DNA of 60,303 nt, filler included, from 3 parts of 3 records of this genome joined end to end with filler, not necessarily neighbours in it; one strand, 5' to 3'; positions 1-9,487 are shown, counted from the first letter of the whole stretch. The notes: a model not told the origin generated them from the sequence alone. A program made the numbers and translations.

Positions 1-47
1 GGGTGTACAGGGGGTGTACGCCCGGTGCACGGGGGGCACCGGGGTGT
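1..47. repeat. Degenerate short tandem repeat (GGGGTGYAC-like units, about 10-11 bp period)
   Basis: GGGTGTACA, GGGGTGTAC, GGTGCAC, GGGGGGCAC, GGGGTGT in the first 47 bp, just downstream of the MATE stop; may be cut by the window edge. Confidence 0.45.
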
Positions 48-55
48 TTTGGCCA

Positions 56-1447
56 CTACCGGCGAAAATTGAACAGTTGCGTCAGCCGGGCCTGACGCTG
101 GAACGGACGCGGCTCTGACGGTGGATCCTGACGCGCAATGACCCGCATCGCCAACCACCCCGACCACAGCCCGAACAGCACGCCGCCCACTGCCTGACCG
201 ATCAGAACGCCCGCCGCGCCGAACCAAACGGCAAACAGCATAACGAAGGGAATCGTGCCCAGCGTATGGCGGCCCCAATTGGTCCATGTTGAATAATAGG
301 GATGCCCCAGATTGTTGAAGCTGGCGTTCGAAACAAAGATCATCCCATTGAAAAACCAAGCCAATGCCAGCGGTCCGCAGAACAGATAGACAATCTCCTG
401 CGAAATGCCCTCCAGCGCGAACAGCGCGCTGATGGGGCCACGCAGCAGGTAAAGCAGACCCGAGACCACGATCACCACCAGCCCCGTGAACAGCAACCCA
501 TCCAGATAGGCCCGCCGCACCCGTCCATGGTTCTGCGCCCCGAAATTCTGACCGATGATTGGCCCTACGGCCCCCGACAGGGCAAAGATCGTGCCAAAGG
601 CCACAGGCACCAGACGGCCGACAATCGCCATGCCCGCCACCGCTTCCTCGCCAAATTCCGCCATCGCTCGCGTGACGTAGGCTTGCCCCACAGGCGTCGC
701 CAGTTGGGTCAGGATCGCAGGCAAGGCGAGCGCGAATATGGGGCTGAAATCATTCATGAATTCGTCGCGCGTCGGGCGTGTAAAACCGCCGTAGTGGCGC
801 AGGATCGGATAGAGAGCGGCCGCCGCAATGGACACCCGCGCGGCCACGCTGGCCAGTGCAGCCCCGGTCAGTTCAAGGTCCAGACCAAAGATCAGAATGG
901 GATCCAGAACCGCGTTCACCAACCCACCGATGATCGTCGCATACATCGCCCGCCGTGCTGCGCCATGCGCGCGCAAAATCGCACCGCCGACCATGCCGAT
1001 CAGCAGCAGGGGAAGGCTGGGAATAATGATTTGCAGATAGCTGACCGCCAGATCGTGAGTCTCGCCGCTGGCCCCCATCAGAGTCACGAGGAACCCCAGA
1101 TTGAGCCACACAATCGCGGCGAAAACGGCACCGAAGGCAAACCCGTAGATCAGCGCCGTTGTGGCTTTCATGCGCGCGCCGGTTTCATCCCCGCCGCCAA
1201 GCGCCCGTGCCACCAGCGCCCCCGCCGCGATCGACATGCCGATCCCGAAGGACGAGGTGAAGAACAGGATCGCGCCCGCATAGCCCACGGCAGCGGCCAG
1301 TTCTGCCTTGCCCAACATCGAGATGAAAATCATGTCGACGAAATCGACAAGAAAGACGGCCATCAGACCAAGCGATGCTGTCAGGGACATCACCGAGATG
1401 TGGCGGAAGAGGTTGCCCTCCAGAAAGACTGCGTTTGACTGTGCCAT
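56..1447 (-). CDS. MATE family efflux transporter
   Basis: About 12 hydrophobic segments; MATE motifs 'DMIFISMLGKAELAAAVG', 'NAVLDPILIFG...GAALAS', 'GPIIGQNFGA'; start taken at MAQSNAVF. Confidence 0.9.
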   Translation of the reverse strand: MAQSNAVFLEGNLFRHISVMSLTASLGLMAVFLVDFVDMIFISMLGKAELAAAVGYAGAILFFTSSFGIGMSIAAGALVARALGGGDETGARMKATTALIYGFAFGAVFAAIVWLNLGFLVTLMGASGETHDLAVSYLQIIIPSLPLLLIGMVGGAILRAHGAARRAMYATIIGGLVNAVLDPILIFGLDLELTGAALASVAARVSIAAAALYPILRHYGGFTRPTRDEFMNDFSPIFALALPAILTQLATPVGQAYVTRAMAEFGEEAVAGMAIVGRLVPVAFGTIFALSGAVGPIIGQNFGAQNHGRVRRAYLDGLLFTGLVVIVVSGLLYLLRGPISALFALEGISQEIVYLFCGPLALAWFFNGMIFVSNASFNNLGHPYYSTWTNWGRHTLGTIPFVMLFAVWFGAAGVLIGQAVGGVLFGLWSGWLAMRVIARQDPPSEPRPFQRQARLTQLFNFRR

Positions 1448-1606
1448 CCGCCTTCCCTGCCACAGCGAACGCGCTGCGACCATTCCGTAATTCTGCACAG
1501 AGCGGACTCAGCACCGCCCGATTGGGGGATTCACCCTAGGGTGTAAAAGGGCCGCGCCGGGCAAAAGGGTGTCAGACAAACACAACAGCCAACCGGAGAC
1601 AAACCA

Positions 1607-1972
1607 ATGACCATCCTTCGCACCGCCGCTATCGCCCTGACCCTCGCCGCAACCTCTGCCGCCCTGCCCGCCTTTGCTGAAAACATCGAGGCCGGCCCGA
1701 TCTGGAACCAGTCCCACGCCAACCAGGTCTGCCCTGCCGTCGCCCAGGCCCATGGCGGCGAATGGACCGGTCACTGGTGGACCACCGTCCCGAATGAAAT
1801 GTCGGTCTGCCAGATCCAGATGCCTGCCCGCACCGTGGAAGCAGGGCCGATCTGGAACCAGGATCATGCCGAACAGGTCTGCCCCGCCATCGCCCATTCC
1901 CACGGGGCCGAGTGGACCGGCCACTGGTGGACCACCGTCTGGAACGAAATGTCGGTCTGCCAGATCCGCTAA
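1607..1972 (+). CDS. Secreted two-domain mannan-binding lectin (MVL-like)
   Basis: Signal peptide ending AFA; two 50-aa repeats 'EAGPIWNQxHAxQVCP...WTGHWWTTVxNEMSVCQI' matching the MVL GP(L/I)W and TG(Q/H)W..T..MSV motifs; RBS GGAG. Confidence 0.85.
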   Translation: MTILRTAAIALTLAATSAALPAFAENIEAGPIWNQSHANQVCPAVAQAHGGEWTGHWWTTVPNEMSVCQIQMPARTVEAGPIWNQDHAEQVCPAIAHSHGAEWTGHWWTTVWNEMSVCQIR

Positions 1973-2010
1973 TCCCCTCATTCACACCAAACCATTTTTT
2001 ATGACGCGCG

Positions 2011-2044
2011 CGCCCCGGTCACCCTGCCGGGGCGTTATTTCTTT
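2011..2044 (+). terminator. Probable intrinsic terminator after the lectin gene
   Basis: CGCCCCGG-8 nt-CCGGGGCG stem followed by TTATTTCTTT. Confidence 0.6.
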
Positions 2045-2141
2045 GCGGTCTTGATGACAGATGGGGGATCGACCCCAGGGCTTTCACGCGGGTTGGTGGG
2101 CATGGTGATCTCAACAAAACACATGATCCAGGAGAAACCCA

Positions 2142-2522
2142 ATGTTCCGCACCACGCTCACCACCGCCATTATTGCCCTGACCGTGACCGCAACCGCAGC
2201 CACCGCCGAAACGCGCCGTGAGAACATCGACGCCATGAACGAGGTCGAGGCGCTCCTCATCTGCAACATGCTGGCCGATCAGGAAGGCGCAACCGGGCGC
2301 GGCAGTGTGCGCAACGTGGACTATTTCACCTATGAATGCAGCTATTCCGTGCCCGCGCAGCGGGTCATCACTGTCGAGGTCATGCCATTGTTGCATGTCG
2401 CGCAAGCCCGCCCCATTTGCCGCGACGCCGCCCGAGGCCGGAACGGCACCTGGACCGGTGACTGGGATGGCAACGGCGCTTTCGCCCCCGGCACTTGCAC
2501 CATCCGCGTGCCGGCCGGGTAA
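2142..2522 (+). CDS. Secreted protein, diverged MVL-like lectin paralogue
   Basis: Signal peptide similar to the upstream lectin; C-terminal half 'VEVMPL...AQARPIC...GTWTGDW...TCTIRV' keeps the MVL-domain pattern; RBS AGGAG. Confidence 0.6.
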   Translation: MFRTTLTTAIIALTVTATAATAETRRENIDAMNEVEALLICNMLADQEGATGRGSVRNVDYFTYECSYSVPAQRVITVEVMPLLHVAQARPICRDAARGRNGTWTGDWDGNGAFAPGTCTIRVPAG

Positions 2523-2635
2523 AACAGGGCGAAGCCAGGCAAGCATGATCGCCTCTGCACTCAGTGGCCCGCACATTCCATGTCCTCACAAACCCAATCC
2601 ATGCTAATCATGTCGAAGGGCAACGGGAGGTATCC

Positions 2636-3121
2636 ATGACCATTTCCAAGGGCGGCTGCTTGTGCGGGAACATCAGATACGAAGTGAACGGCCCCCCGGA
2701 TTGGGTGACCGTTTGCTTCTGCACATTCTGCCAGCGCGCCACCGGCGGCCCGCAAATGACGGAGCCGATACATTCCACAAGCGCTTTCGAAGTGACCACT
2801 GGCGAGCCCAAGATCTACACCCATATCTCGGGTGGAAGTGGCAAGCAGGTCTACATCCATTTCTGCGCGGATTGCGGGACCAAAACGCATCTGACCTTTG
2901 AACGCTGGCCCGATCGGCTCGGCATCTATTCAGGGACCTTTGACAACCCCGGCTGGTTCGACATGACTCCGGAAGACACCAAGTTCATCTTTGTTGGTGA
3001 AGCCGCGAGGGGCACGATGATTCCACCCGGATACAAAACCTTCTCCGAACATGCAGCGACACCCGACGGCACCCCACTGGATCCCGAGATTTTATCAGAA
3101 GTGCTGCATATCCGAAGATAG
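2636..3121 (+). CDS. GFA/CENP-V family zinc-binding protein
   Basis: 'GGCLCGNIRY', 'CFCTFCQRATG', 'FCADCGT' motifs; RBS GGAGG. Confidence 0.9.
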   Translation: MTISKGGCLCGNIRYEVNGPPDWVTVCFCTFCQRATGGPQMTEPIHSTSAFEVTTGEPKIYTHISGGSGKQVYIHFCADCGTKTHLTFERWPDRLGIYSGTFDNPGWFDMTPEDTKFIFVGEAARGTMIPPGYKTFSEHAATPDGTPLDPEILSEVLHIRR

Positions 3122-3123
3122 GA

Positions 3124-4446
3124 TCAGAGCGCCGGCTTCTTCTGCAAAAGCTGCATCACGTCGGCCATTTCCGGTCCGCGTTCCAGCCCTGTCACCGCCT
3201 TGCGCAGCGGCATGAACAGACCCTTGCCCTTGCGCCCGGTGGCCTCTTTGACGGCATCCGTCCACGACTTCCATGTATCGGCGGCATAGGGCGGCTCTGG
3301 CAGCAGGGCAAAGGCCTGGGCCACGAAGTCCCGGTCTTCCTCTTCCACCAGTGGCGTCGCCCCGTGGCGGAACAGGTGCCACCAGCCCGCGATATCATGG
3401 CGGGTGGTGATGTTGGCGCGGGCGACATTCCAGAAGGTCTCGGCCAAATCATCCGGCACGCCGATTTCGGAGACCTGTTCAGCCACGGCAGACAAGGGTT
3501 GCGTATGCAGGAAACGGGCGGTCAGCGGATAAAGGTCGTCAACGTCGAACTTGGTGGGGGCGGACCCGAAATGATTGAGGTCAAAGCCGTCGGCCAACTG
3601 GTCCAGCGTTTCGCACAACTCAATGGGTTGCGACGATCCAAGCCGCGCCATGTGGGACAAAAGCGCCATCGCCTCTACCCCGTTTTCGCGCAGATCCTTC
3701 AGCGCCAGCGTGCCAAGCCGTTTCGACAGCGCCTCACCCTGAGGGCCGGTCAACAGCGAGTGGTGGGCGAAGGACGGCGCAGAAAACCCGAGCGCTTCCA
3801 TGATCTGGATCTGGGTTGCCGTGTTGGTCACGTGATCGGACCCGCGCACCACATGGGTGACGCCCATATCGGTATCGTCCACCACCGAGGCGATGGTATA
3901 AAGAACCTGCCCATCCTGACGGATCAGCACGGGATCGGAGACAGAGGCCGCATCAATCGACAGATCGCCAAGAATTCCGTCGGTCCACTCGATCCGCTCC
4001 TGATTGAGCTTGAAGCGCCAGACACCCTGGCCGCGATCGGCCCGCATGGCGTCTTTCTCGGCGTCGGACAGCTTCAGCGCGGCGCGGTCGTAAACCGGCG
4101 GCAGGCCCATGTTGAGCTGTTTCTTGCGCTTGAGGTCCAGCTCCGTCGGCGTTTCCCACGCCTCGTAGAACCGATCTTTTGCGCGCAGCTCATCGGCGGC
4201 GGCGGCGTAGCGGTCCAGACGGTCGGATTGTCTTTCGATCCGGTCCCAGGTCAGCCCCAGCCATTCCAGATCCCGCTGGATTTGATCGGCATATTCCTGC
4301 TTCGACCGTTCCGGGTCGGTATCGTCAAGGCGCAGGATGAACTGCCCCCCGGCCTTCTTGGCAATCAGGAAGTTGAACAGCGCGGTGCGCAGGTTCCCGA
4401 CATGCAGATATCCGGTGGGGGACGGGGCGAAACGGGTAACGGTCAT
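3124..4446 (-). CDS. gltX: Glutamate--tRNA ligase (one of the alphaproteobacterial paralogues)
   Basis: 'TRFAPSPTGYLHVGN' HIGH motif, 'THVVRGSDH', 'LSKR' KMSKS-like motif. Confidence 0.95.
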   Translation of the reverse strand: MTVTRFAPSPTGYLHVGNLRTALFNFLIAKKAGGQFILRLDDTDPERSKQEYADQIQRDLEWLGLTWDRIERQSDRLDRYAAAADELRAKDRFYEAWETPTELDLKRKKQLNMGLPPVYDRAALKLSDAEKDAMRADRGQGVWRFKLNQERIEWTDGILGDLSIDAASVSDPVLIRQDGQVLYTIASVVDDTDMGVTHVVRGSDHVTNTATQIQIMEALGFSAPSFAHHSLLTGPQGEALSKRLGTLALKDLRENGVEAMALLSHMARLGSSQPIELCETLDQLADGFDLNHFGSAPTKFDVDDLYPLTARFLHTQPLSAVAEQVSEIGVPDDLAETFWNVARANITTRHDIAGWWHLFRHGATPLVEEEDRDFVAQAFALLPEPPYAADTWKSWTDAVKEATGRKGKGLFMPLRKAVTGLERGPEMADVMQLLQKKPAL

Positions 4447-4519
4447 GGATCTCGGACTCCTTCGGATCGGCCTGATCCTGTTTCACAGACGCGCCCGTTT
4501 GTCCATGGGGCGGCAGGGA

Positions 4520-5782
4520 TCAGCGTTTTGGCGGGCTCCAATCGGCGGGGGGCACATTCCGGCGGCGCAGACGTATCGCCAGCCCTACGGCGACGCCAAC
4601 GCCAATGGCGACCGTCAGATCGGCCACCACCGTCAGGACCAGCGTCAGAACCAGCAACAGCAGATCGGCCCGCGGCAGGGCCAGATGCGCGCGCCAGTGC
4701 TGCGGTTCGCTCATGTTCCAGGCGGTCAGCAACAGCAGCCCGGCAAGGGCGGGCATGGCGAGGTAGCCTGCCAGCGGCGCCGCGACCAGCATCACCACAA
4801 GGATCGTCAGTGCATGGACCAGCCCCGCCACCGGCGTCTTGCCCCCGGCCCTGACATTGGTCGCGGTGCGCGCGATGGCCCCGGTCGCAGGAAGCCCGCC
4901 AAACAGCGCCGAGCCGATATTGGCCGCACCCTGCGCCAGAACCTCGGCGTTGGATCGGTGACGTCCGCCGATCATGCGGTCGGTGACCATGGCGGACAGC
5001 AGTGATTCCACCCCCGCAAGAAAAGCGATAATGACGGCCGCGGGCAGCAATTCAACGATCCGGGCATAGGTGATGTCGGGCAGGCGCGGCGCGGGCAGGG
5101 TTGCGGGCAATTCCCCGAACCGGGACCGGATGGTATCGACCGGCAGGTCGAACAGCACCACAAGGCCAGAGGTAAACGCCACCGCCACGATCAGGCCGGG
5201 CAGTCGCGGGAACAACCGCCGCAAGGTCCAGATCAGCAGCATGGTCAGCGCGCCGATGCCAAGGGATGCCGCGTTAAGACTGCCGCGTGCCTCCCACAAA
5301 ACACCCAGTTTCTCAATAAACTCCGCCGGAACATCGGCGACAGACAGGCCCAGAAAGTCCTTTAGCTGGCTTGTCGCGATGATCACCGCAATGCCGATGG
5401 TGAACCCGTTGATCACCGGTTCGGGGATGTAAGAGATCAGACTGCCCGCCCGCAGTGCCCCCGCCACCAGCAAGATAACCCCTGCCATCAGTGTCGCCAG
5501 AACCAGCCCGTCATATCCATGCGCGGAAATGACCGCGTAGACCACGACGATGAACGCGCCGGTTGGCCCACCGATCTGAACCCGGCTGCCGCCAAGCAGC
5601 GAAATCAGGAAACCGCCTACAATCGCGGTGATCAACCCAGTCGCGGGGTCGGCACCCGAGGCGATGGCAATCGCCAGGCTAAGCGGCAGCGCGACCATCG
5701 CCACCGTGATTCCAGCCGCAAGGTCGCCCAGGAAAAGCGACCTGCTATAGCTTTGCATCGTGGTAATCAGCTTTGGCTTCAT
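4520..5782 (-). CDS. SulP/SLC26 anion transporter, no C-terminal STAS domain
   Basis: 'DLAAGITVAMVALPLSLAIAIASG', 'GGPTGAF', 'ESLLSA', 'TGAIARTATN'; ends about 15 aa after the last TM helix. Confidence 0.9.
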   Translation of the reverse strand: MKPKLITTMQSYSRSLFLGDLAAGITVAMVALPLSLAIAIASGADPATGLITAIVGGFLISLLGGSRVQIGGPTGAFIVVVYAVISAHGYDGLVLATLMAGVILLVAGALRAGSLISYIPEPVINGFTIGIAVIIATSQLKDFLGLSVADVPAEFIEKLGVLWEARGSLNAASLGIGALTMLLIWTLRRLFPRLPGLIVAVAFTSGLVVLFDLPVDTIRSRFGELPATLPAPRLPDITYARIVELLPAAVIIAFLAGVESLLSAMVTDRMIGGRHRSNAEVLAQGAANIGSALFGGLPATGAIARTATNVRAGGKTPVAGLVHALTILVVMLVAAPLAGYLAMPALAGLLLLTAWNMSEPQHWRAHLALPRADLLLLVLTLVLTVVADLTVAIGVGVAVGLAIRLRRRNVPPADWSPPKR

Positions 5783-5929
5783 GGGGCAAGTATTCGCCGC
5801 AAGCGGCGTTCGGCAAGCGGTCTTTTCAACAGCCACCCGCCCGGCATCAAGTTTGTGTGACAATGCGTCAGGTCGCCGGTTCTGCTCTATCCTTGCGATT
5901 GTCTCATCCCGCGCAAAGGAACCTGTCCC

Positions 5930-6853
5930 ATGCCTCGCCTGAACCGCCGCACCCTTCTCTCGTCCTCGCTATCCGCCCCGTTTCTGGGGCTGGCCGCAGC
6001 GTCCCTGCCCGCCCGCGCCGAAGCGCCTGCCTTGGGGGCTTCGTTTGCCATGCACCGCCGGTTCACGCTTGGCGGGTTCGAGGTGACCGCCCTGCTGGCA
6101 GGCACCACCCCGCGCGATGATCCGCATGGGATTTTCGGCACCAATGTCAGCGCCGAGGAATTTGCCGAAGTGAGCGCCGCCCATTTCCTGTCGACCGAGC
6201 GATCCCAGTTCTTCTTCACACCTGTCGTGGTCAATACCGGGGCAGAGCTGATCCTGTTCGACACCGGCCTCAATCCAAATGGCATCACCGGCGCCCTGAC
6301 GGCGGCGGGCTATTCCCCCGATCAGGTGGATGTGGTGGTCATCACCCATATGCATGGCGACCATATCGGCGGGCTGTCGGATGGCAGCACCCCGACCTTT
6401 CCCAATGCCCGCTACGTGACAGGCCGAGCCGAGTTCGACCACTGGGACATGTCAGGCAATGACGGGTTCGAAAGCAAGGTTCGCCCGCTGGCCGATAACA
6501 TGACCTTTCTGGAACCCGATCAGGACGTGGTGACCGGCATCAGCGCCGTTGCCGCCTTTGGGCATACGCCGGGCCATATGGGGTATCATCTGGAAAGCGA
6601 CGGCGCGCGGCTGATGCTGTTTGCCGATCTGGCGAACCACCCGGTCTGGTCACTGGCCCACCCCGATTGGGAAGTCCGGTTCGACATGGACAAGACCGAC
6701 GCCGCCGCAAGCCGCCGTCGGGTGCTGGACATGATCGCCACCGACCGCATCCCCGCCGTGGGCTATCACATGCCCTTCCCGGCGCTTGGCTTTGTCGAGG
6801 CAGTTGGCGATGGCTTCCGGTGGGTGCCGGAACAGGGGCAGTTCATGGGTTAA
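5930..6853 (+). CDS. Tat-exported MBL-fold metallo-hydrolase
   Basis: 'NRRTLL' twin-arginine signal; 'THMHGDHIGG', 'GHTPGH', 'GYHMPFP'. Confidence 0.9.
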   Translation: MPRLNRRTLLSSSLSAPFLGLAAASLPARAEAPALGASFAMHRRFTLGGFEVTALLAGTTPRDDPHGIFGTNVSAEEFAEVSAAHFLSTERSQFFFTPVVVNTGAELILFDTGLNPNGITGALTAAGYSPDQVDVVVITHMHGDHIGGLSDGSTPTFPNARYVTGRAEFDHWDMSGNDGFESKVRPLADNMTFLEPDQDVVTGISAVAAFGHTPGHMGYHLESDGARLMLFADLANHPVWSLAHPDWEVRFDMDKTDAAASRRRVLDMIATDRIPAVGYHMPFPALGFVEAVGDGFRWVPEQGQFMG

Positions 6854-7395
6854 TCGGTGATCGGGCCGTCGCCCACCCTCGGGTGGACGCGCGGCCCGTC
6901 CGATACGCCCATGACCAGCACGATCTCATCGGGGCGCGGCGCGTCGTTGATCCCCACGCTCATCGTATCGAAATGGGCAAAGGACCATGCCTCGTCCTTG
7001 TGGCCAAGCGGCAGGTCGATCTGCGCCCCGAGCGGGGCGATCTTCGCATTGGACGGGATCAACGCCTTGCCGCCGCCGACAGCCGCCCGCATCGGCTTGC
7101 CAAGTTTGGGGTGGATCATCGCAGCGCCGTGCTCCACCTCTCCGGCGACGCCCACGATTGCGGCCTTGCCGTAGCTGACGGGATCGCCCGGCAATTGCGC
7201 CACGGCCTCGGCCATCAGGGTCGCACCAAGCGTGCCCCCGAGGTCAAAAAGCTCCGACAGATCGGCCCCGTATTGGCCCGCGAACGGGTTCCTGACCACC
7301 GCCAGCACCGCCACCCGCGTGATCGGATCGCAGGGTTTACCCGATGCGTCGGACCCAATGACCTCTCGGATGAATACCGTTTTTCTGCATTGCAT
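6850..7395 (-). CDS. Amino acid synthesis family protein (DUF1185-like)
   Basis: 'NPFAG', 'SYGKAAIVG..GEVEHGAA', 'HFDTM...DAPRPDEI'; start uncertain (7395 or 7419). Confidence 0.8.
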   Translation of the reverse strand: MQCRKTVFIREVIGSDASGKPCDPITRVAVLAVVRNPFAGQYGADLSELFDLGGTLGATLMAEAVAQLPGDPVSYGKAAIVGVAGEVEHGAAMIHPKLGKPMRAAVGGGKALIPSNAKIAPLGAQIDLPLGHKDEAWSFAHFDTMSVGINDAPRPDEIVLVMGVSDGPRVHPRVGDGPITD

Positions 7396-7493
7396 GATCG
7401 CCCCCCCTGCATCAGCCATCAGTCTAGACAGAAACGAGTCAATCCGTCACCAATCCCCTTCTCAAACCGCCACTGCCGACACATCTGGATCAT

Positions 7494-7901
7494 ATGACAG
7501 ACTGGACCACCCTGACCCCGCCCGATCTGGCCACGTTCGAGCAACTGGCCGAACGCGCGCTGCTGGCCTTGCCGGAACCCTATCAGCGGGCGGCAAAGCA
7601 AGTCGCGCTGCGGATCAAGGATTTCGCCAGCGACGACATGCTGGACGCGCTGGAGATCGAAAGCCCGTTCGAACTGACCGGCCTGTATGAGGGCATCCCT
7701 CTGACCGAGAAATCTGTGATGGATCAGCCGATGGGGCCGGATGTGATCTGGCTCTTTCGTCGCCCGATACTGGAGGAGTGGGCCGACCGTGGGAATAGTC
7801 CGCTTGGCCACCTGATCGGGCATGTGCTGGTGCATGAACTTGCGCATCACTTCGGCTGGTCCGACGAAGATATCGCCGAGATAGACCCGTGGTGGGAATG
7901 A
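7494..7901 (+). CDS. Zincin-like metallopeptidase family protein
   Basis: 'LTGLYEGIPL', 'LFRRPIL', 'HELAHHFG' HExxH motif. Confidence 0.9.
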   Translation: MTDWTTLTPPDLATFEQLAERALLALPEPYQRAAKQVALRIKDFASDDMLDALEIESPFELTGLYEGIPLTEKSVMDQPMGPDVIWLFRRPILEEWADRGNSPLGHLIGHVLVHELAHHFGWSDEDIAEIDPWWE

Positions 7902-7938
7902 TGCTTGACCCGCATGGCGCGACGCGCAAGCTGAGCCC

Positions 7939-8541
7939 ATGCGTATTTTGATCTGTCTTTTCCTGATGACTGGCACGGCCTTTGCCGATGCCTGCACACA
8001 ATCCCCCCGCCCGTTCTGGTCCCTTGCCTGCGGCGATCCCCAGAGCCGCGCCGTCACGCTGGAGATGGAGGCGTTGATAGGTGCTGTAAGGGACAATCCC
8101 TTGCAGCATCCGGGCACATGGGCAGCCCACGGAATGCGCGCCGAGACGGTCTATCAACAGTTGAATGCCTGCCAGACCGGGGACGACCCGCATCCCTGCC
8201 TTCGGTCCGTCGCCGCCGGATATATCGCCGAACTGCGCAACAGCCCGCAACTGCCCGCCGACTATGCTGGCCTGTCCCGCGCACCGGTCGATCTGCTGTG
8301 CATCGCCTTCGCCCGACCCTTTCAGCTGACGCGGCTGGATACCGACCCTGCGCTGATCTGGATCGTGCCCGGCTATGCCCTGCTGACCCGCGATCCTGCC
8401 GCGCGGAATGTGGTCTATGGCGGGCAAGGTGCGGAAGGCTCGATTGATCTGGGGATCACCCCGTCGGGGCAGGTGGTCCTGACCGGCCTGACGGATCGCC
8501 CGACGCCTTGCATGATCGCGGATGAGGACGTGCTGCGCTAG
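7939..8541 (+). CDS. Secreted protein, possibly a diverged LprI/MliC-like lysozyme inhibitor
   Basis: Signal peptide; N-terminal Cys pattern C-x10-C.DP...C-x8-CL resembling LprI, then a beta-rich C-terminal domain. Confidence 0.45.
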   Translation: MRILICLFLMTGTAFADACTQSPRPFWSLACGDPQSRAVTLEMEALIGAVRDNPLQHPGTWAAHGMRAETVYQQLNACQTGDDPHPCLRSVAAGYIAELRNSPQLPADYAGLSRAPVDLLCIAFARPFQLTRLDTDPALIWIVPGYALLTRDPAARNVVYGGQGAEGSIDLGITPSGQVVLTGLTDRPTPCMIADEDVLR

Positions 8542-8972
8542 GTGGGTTGCACCGGCCAATGCGTTGCCAGATCCTTTAACCCGGCGCGGATCAACTCCTC
8601 CAACACATCCATGTCGATATCGGCCAGCTTGTTCACGTAGAGGCAGGATTTCCCGATCTTGTGCTTGCCGAGCCGCGACAGGATCGGCCCGAAATCCGCG
8701 TATCCCGGCATGATGTAGATCGACAGGTTGGCCTTGCGCGGGCTGAAGCCGGTAGCAAGAGAATCCCCCTCTCGCCCGCTGGCATACCTATAGTGGTACT
8801 GCCCGTAGCCAATGATGGTCGGCCCCCACATTTTCGGCTGAAACCCGGTCACGCGGCGAAAGAGCTGATCCAGCGCCGCTGCATCGGCGCGCCGTGTGGG
8901 ATGTTCAACCCCCGCGATAAAAGCCGCAGGATCGACGGGTGTCATGCGGGTCTTGTTCTGCTCATTCGTCAT
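8538..8972 (-). CDS. DUF1801 domain protein
   Basis: 'PKMWGPTIIGYGQYHYRYASGREG', 'GFSPRKANLSIY', 'LGKHKIGKSCLY'. Confidence 0.9.
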   Translation of the reverse strand: MTNEQNKTRMTPVDPAAFIAGVEHPTRRADAAALDQLFRRVTGFQPKMWGPTIIGYGQYHYRYASGREGDSLATGFSPRKANLSIYIMPGYADFGPILSRLGKHKIGKSCLYVNKLADIDMDVLEELIRAGLKDLATHWPVQPT

Positions 8973-9025
8973 GGGCGGACCTCCTGCCGTGGGAGAGTAA
9001 CAGCAATCGGCCCGCCAGCGAAGGG

Positions 9026-9406
9026 TCAGGCGTAGCTGACCACCTCGATCTCGATATCGTCGGGACCGTCGAAATAGAACCGCCGGCCCGGTTCATAATC
9101 GGCGTGATTGTGCGGGTGAAACCCGGCTTCCTTGACCTTCGCCTCGATCGCATCGAGATCCTCGACCACGACGCCAATATGGTTCAGCCCGCCGGGGGTG
9201 CGATAGCGATCGGGCGCTTTCATCTGCCCACCCTGTGAATAGGCCACCACATAGCTGTCATCGTTGCCCACATGGATGGAATGCCCGCCCCCCTTGGCGT
9301 CGCCCTGCCAACGGATGCGCCACCCGAAGAGGTCAATCAAAAGATCCGCCATCTTCTGCGGGTCGCTGACGGTCACGTTCACATGTTCCAGAAAAGCTGC
9401 GGTCAT
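9026..9406 (-). CDS. VOC/glyoxalase family protein
   Basis: 'LEHVNVTVSD', 'LNHIGVVVEDLD', 'RRFYFDGPDDIEIEV'. Confidence 0.9.
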   Translation of the reverse strand: MTAAFLEHVNVTVSDPQKMADLLIDLFGWRIRWQGDAKGGGHSIHVGNDDSYVVAYSQGGQMKAPDRYRTPGGLNHIGVVVEDLDAIEAKVKEAGFHPHNHADYEPGRRFYFDGPDDIEIEVVSYA

Positions 9407-9445
9407 TGTTCATCTCCTTCACGCTTGATTCGCTTTCTGATTTCC

Positions 9446-9476
9446 TGTGTAATTCCTCAAGTTGACTTTAGCTCAA
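9446..9476 (-). promoter_or_regulatory. SoxR box inside a 19-bp-spacer promoter for the VOC gene
   Basis: CCTCAAGTTGACTTTAGC (9455-9472) resembles the SoxR consensus CCTCAAGTTAACTTGAGG; minus strand reads TTGAGC-N19-TACACA. Confidence 0.85.
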
Positions 9477-9487
9477 GGGATTTCTTC

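Noticed and set aside
1688-1970. 150-bp direct repeat as a DGR template/variable repeat pair
   Set aside because: Both copies are in-frame domains of one lectin ORF, the differences are not adenine-specific, and the only RT trace is a distant dead fragment.
3364-4854. Long antisense ORFs (also 14578-15900, 41251-42747, 55285-56715 and others)
   Set aside because: These are shadows of well-supported opposite-strand genes in high-GC DNA, with no recognisable motifs.
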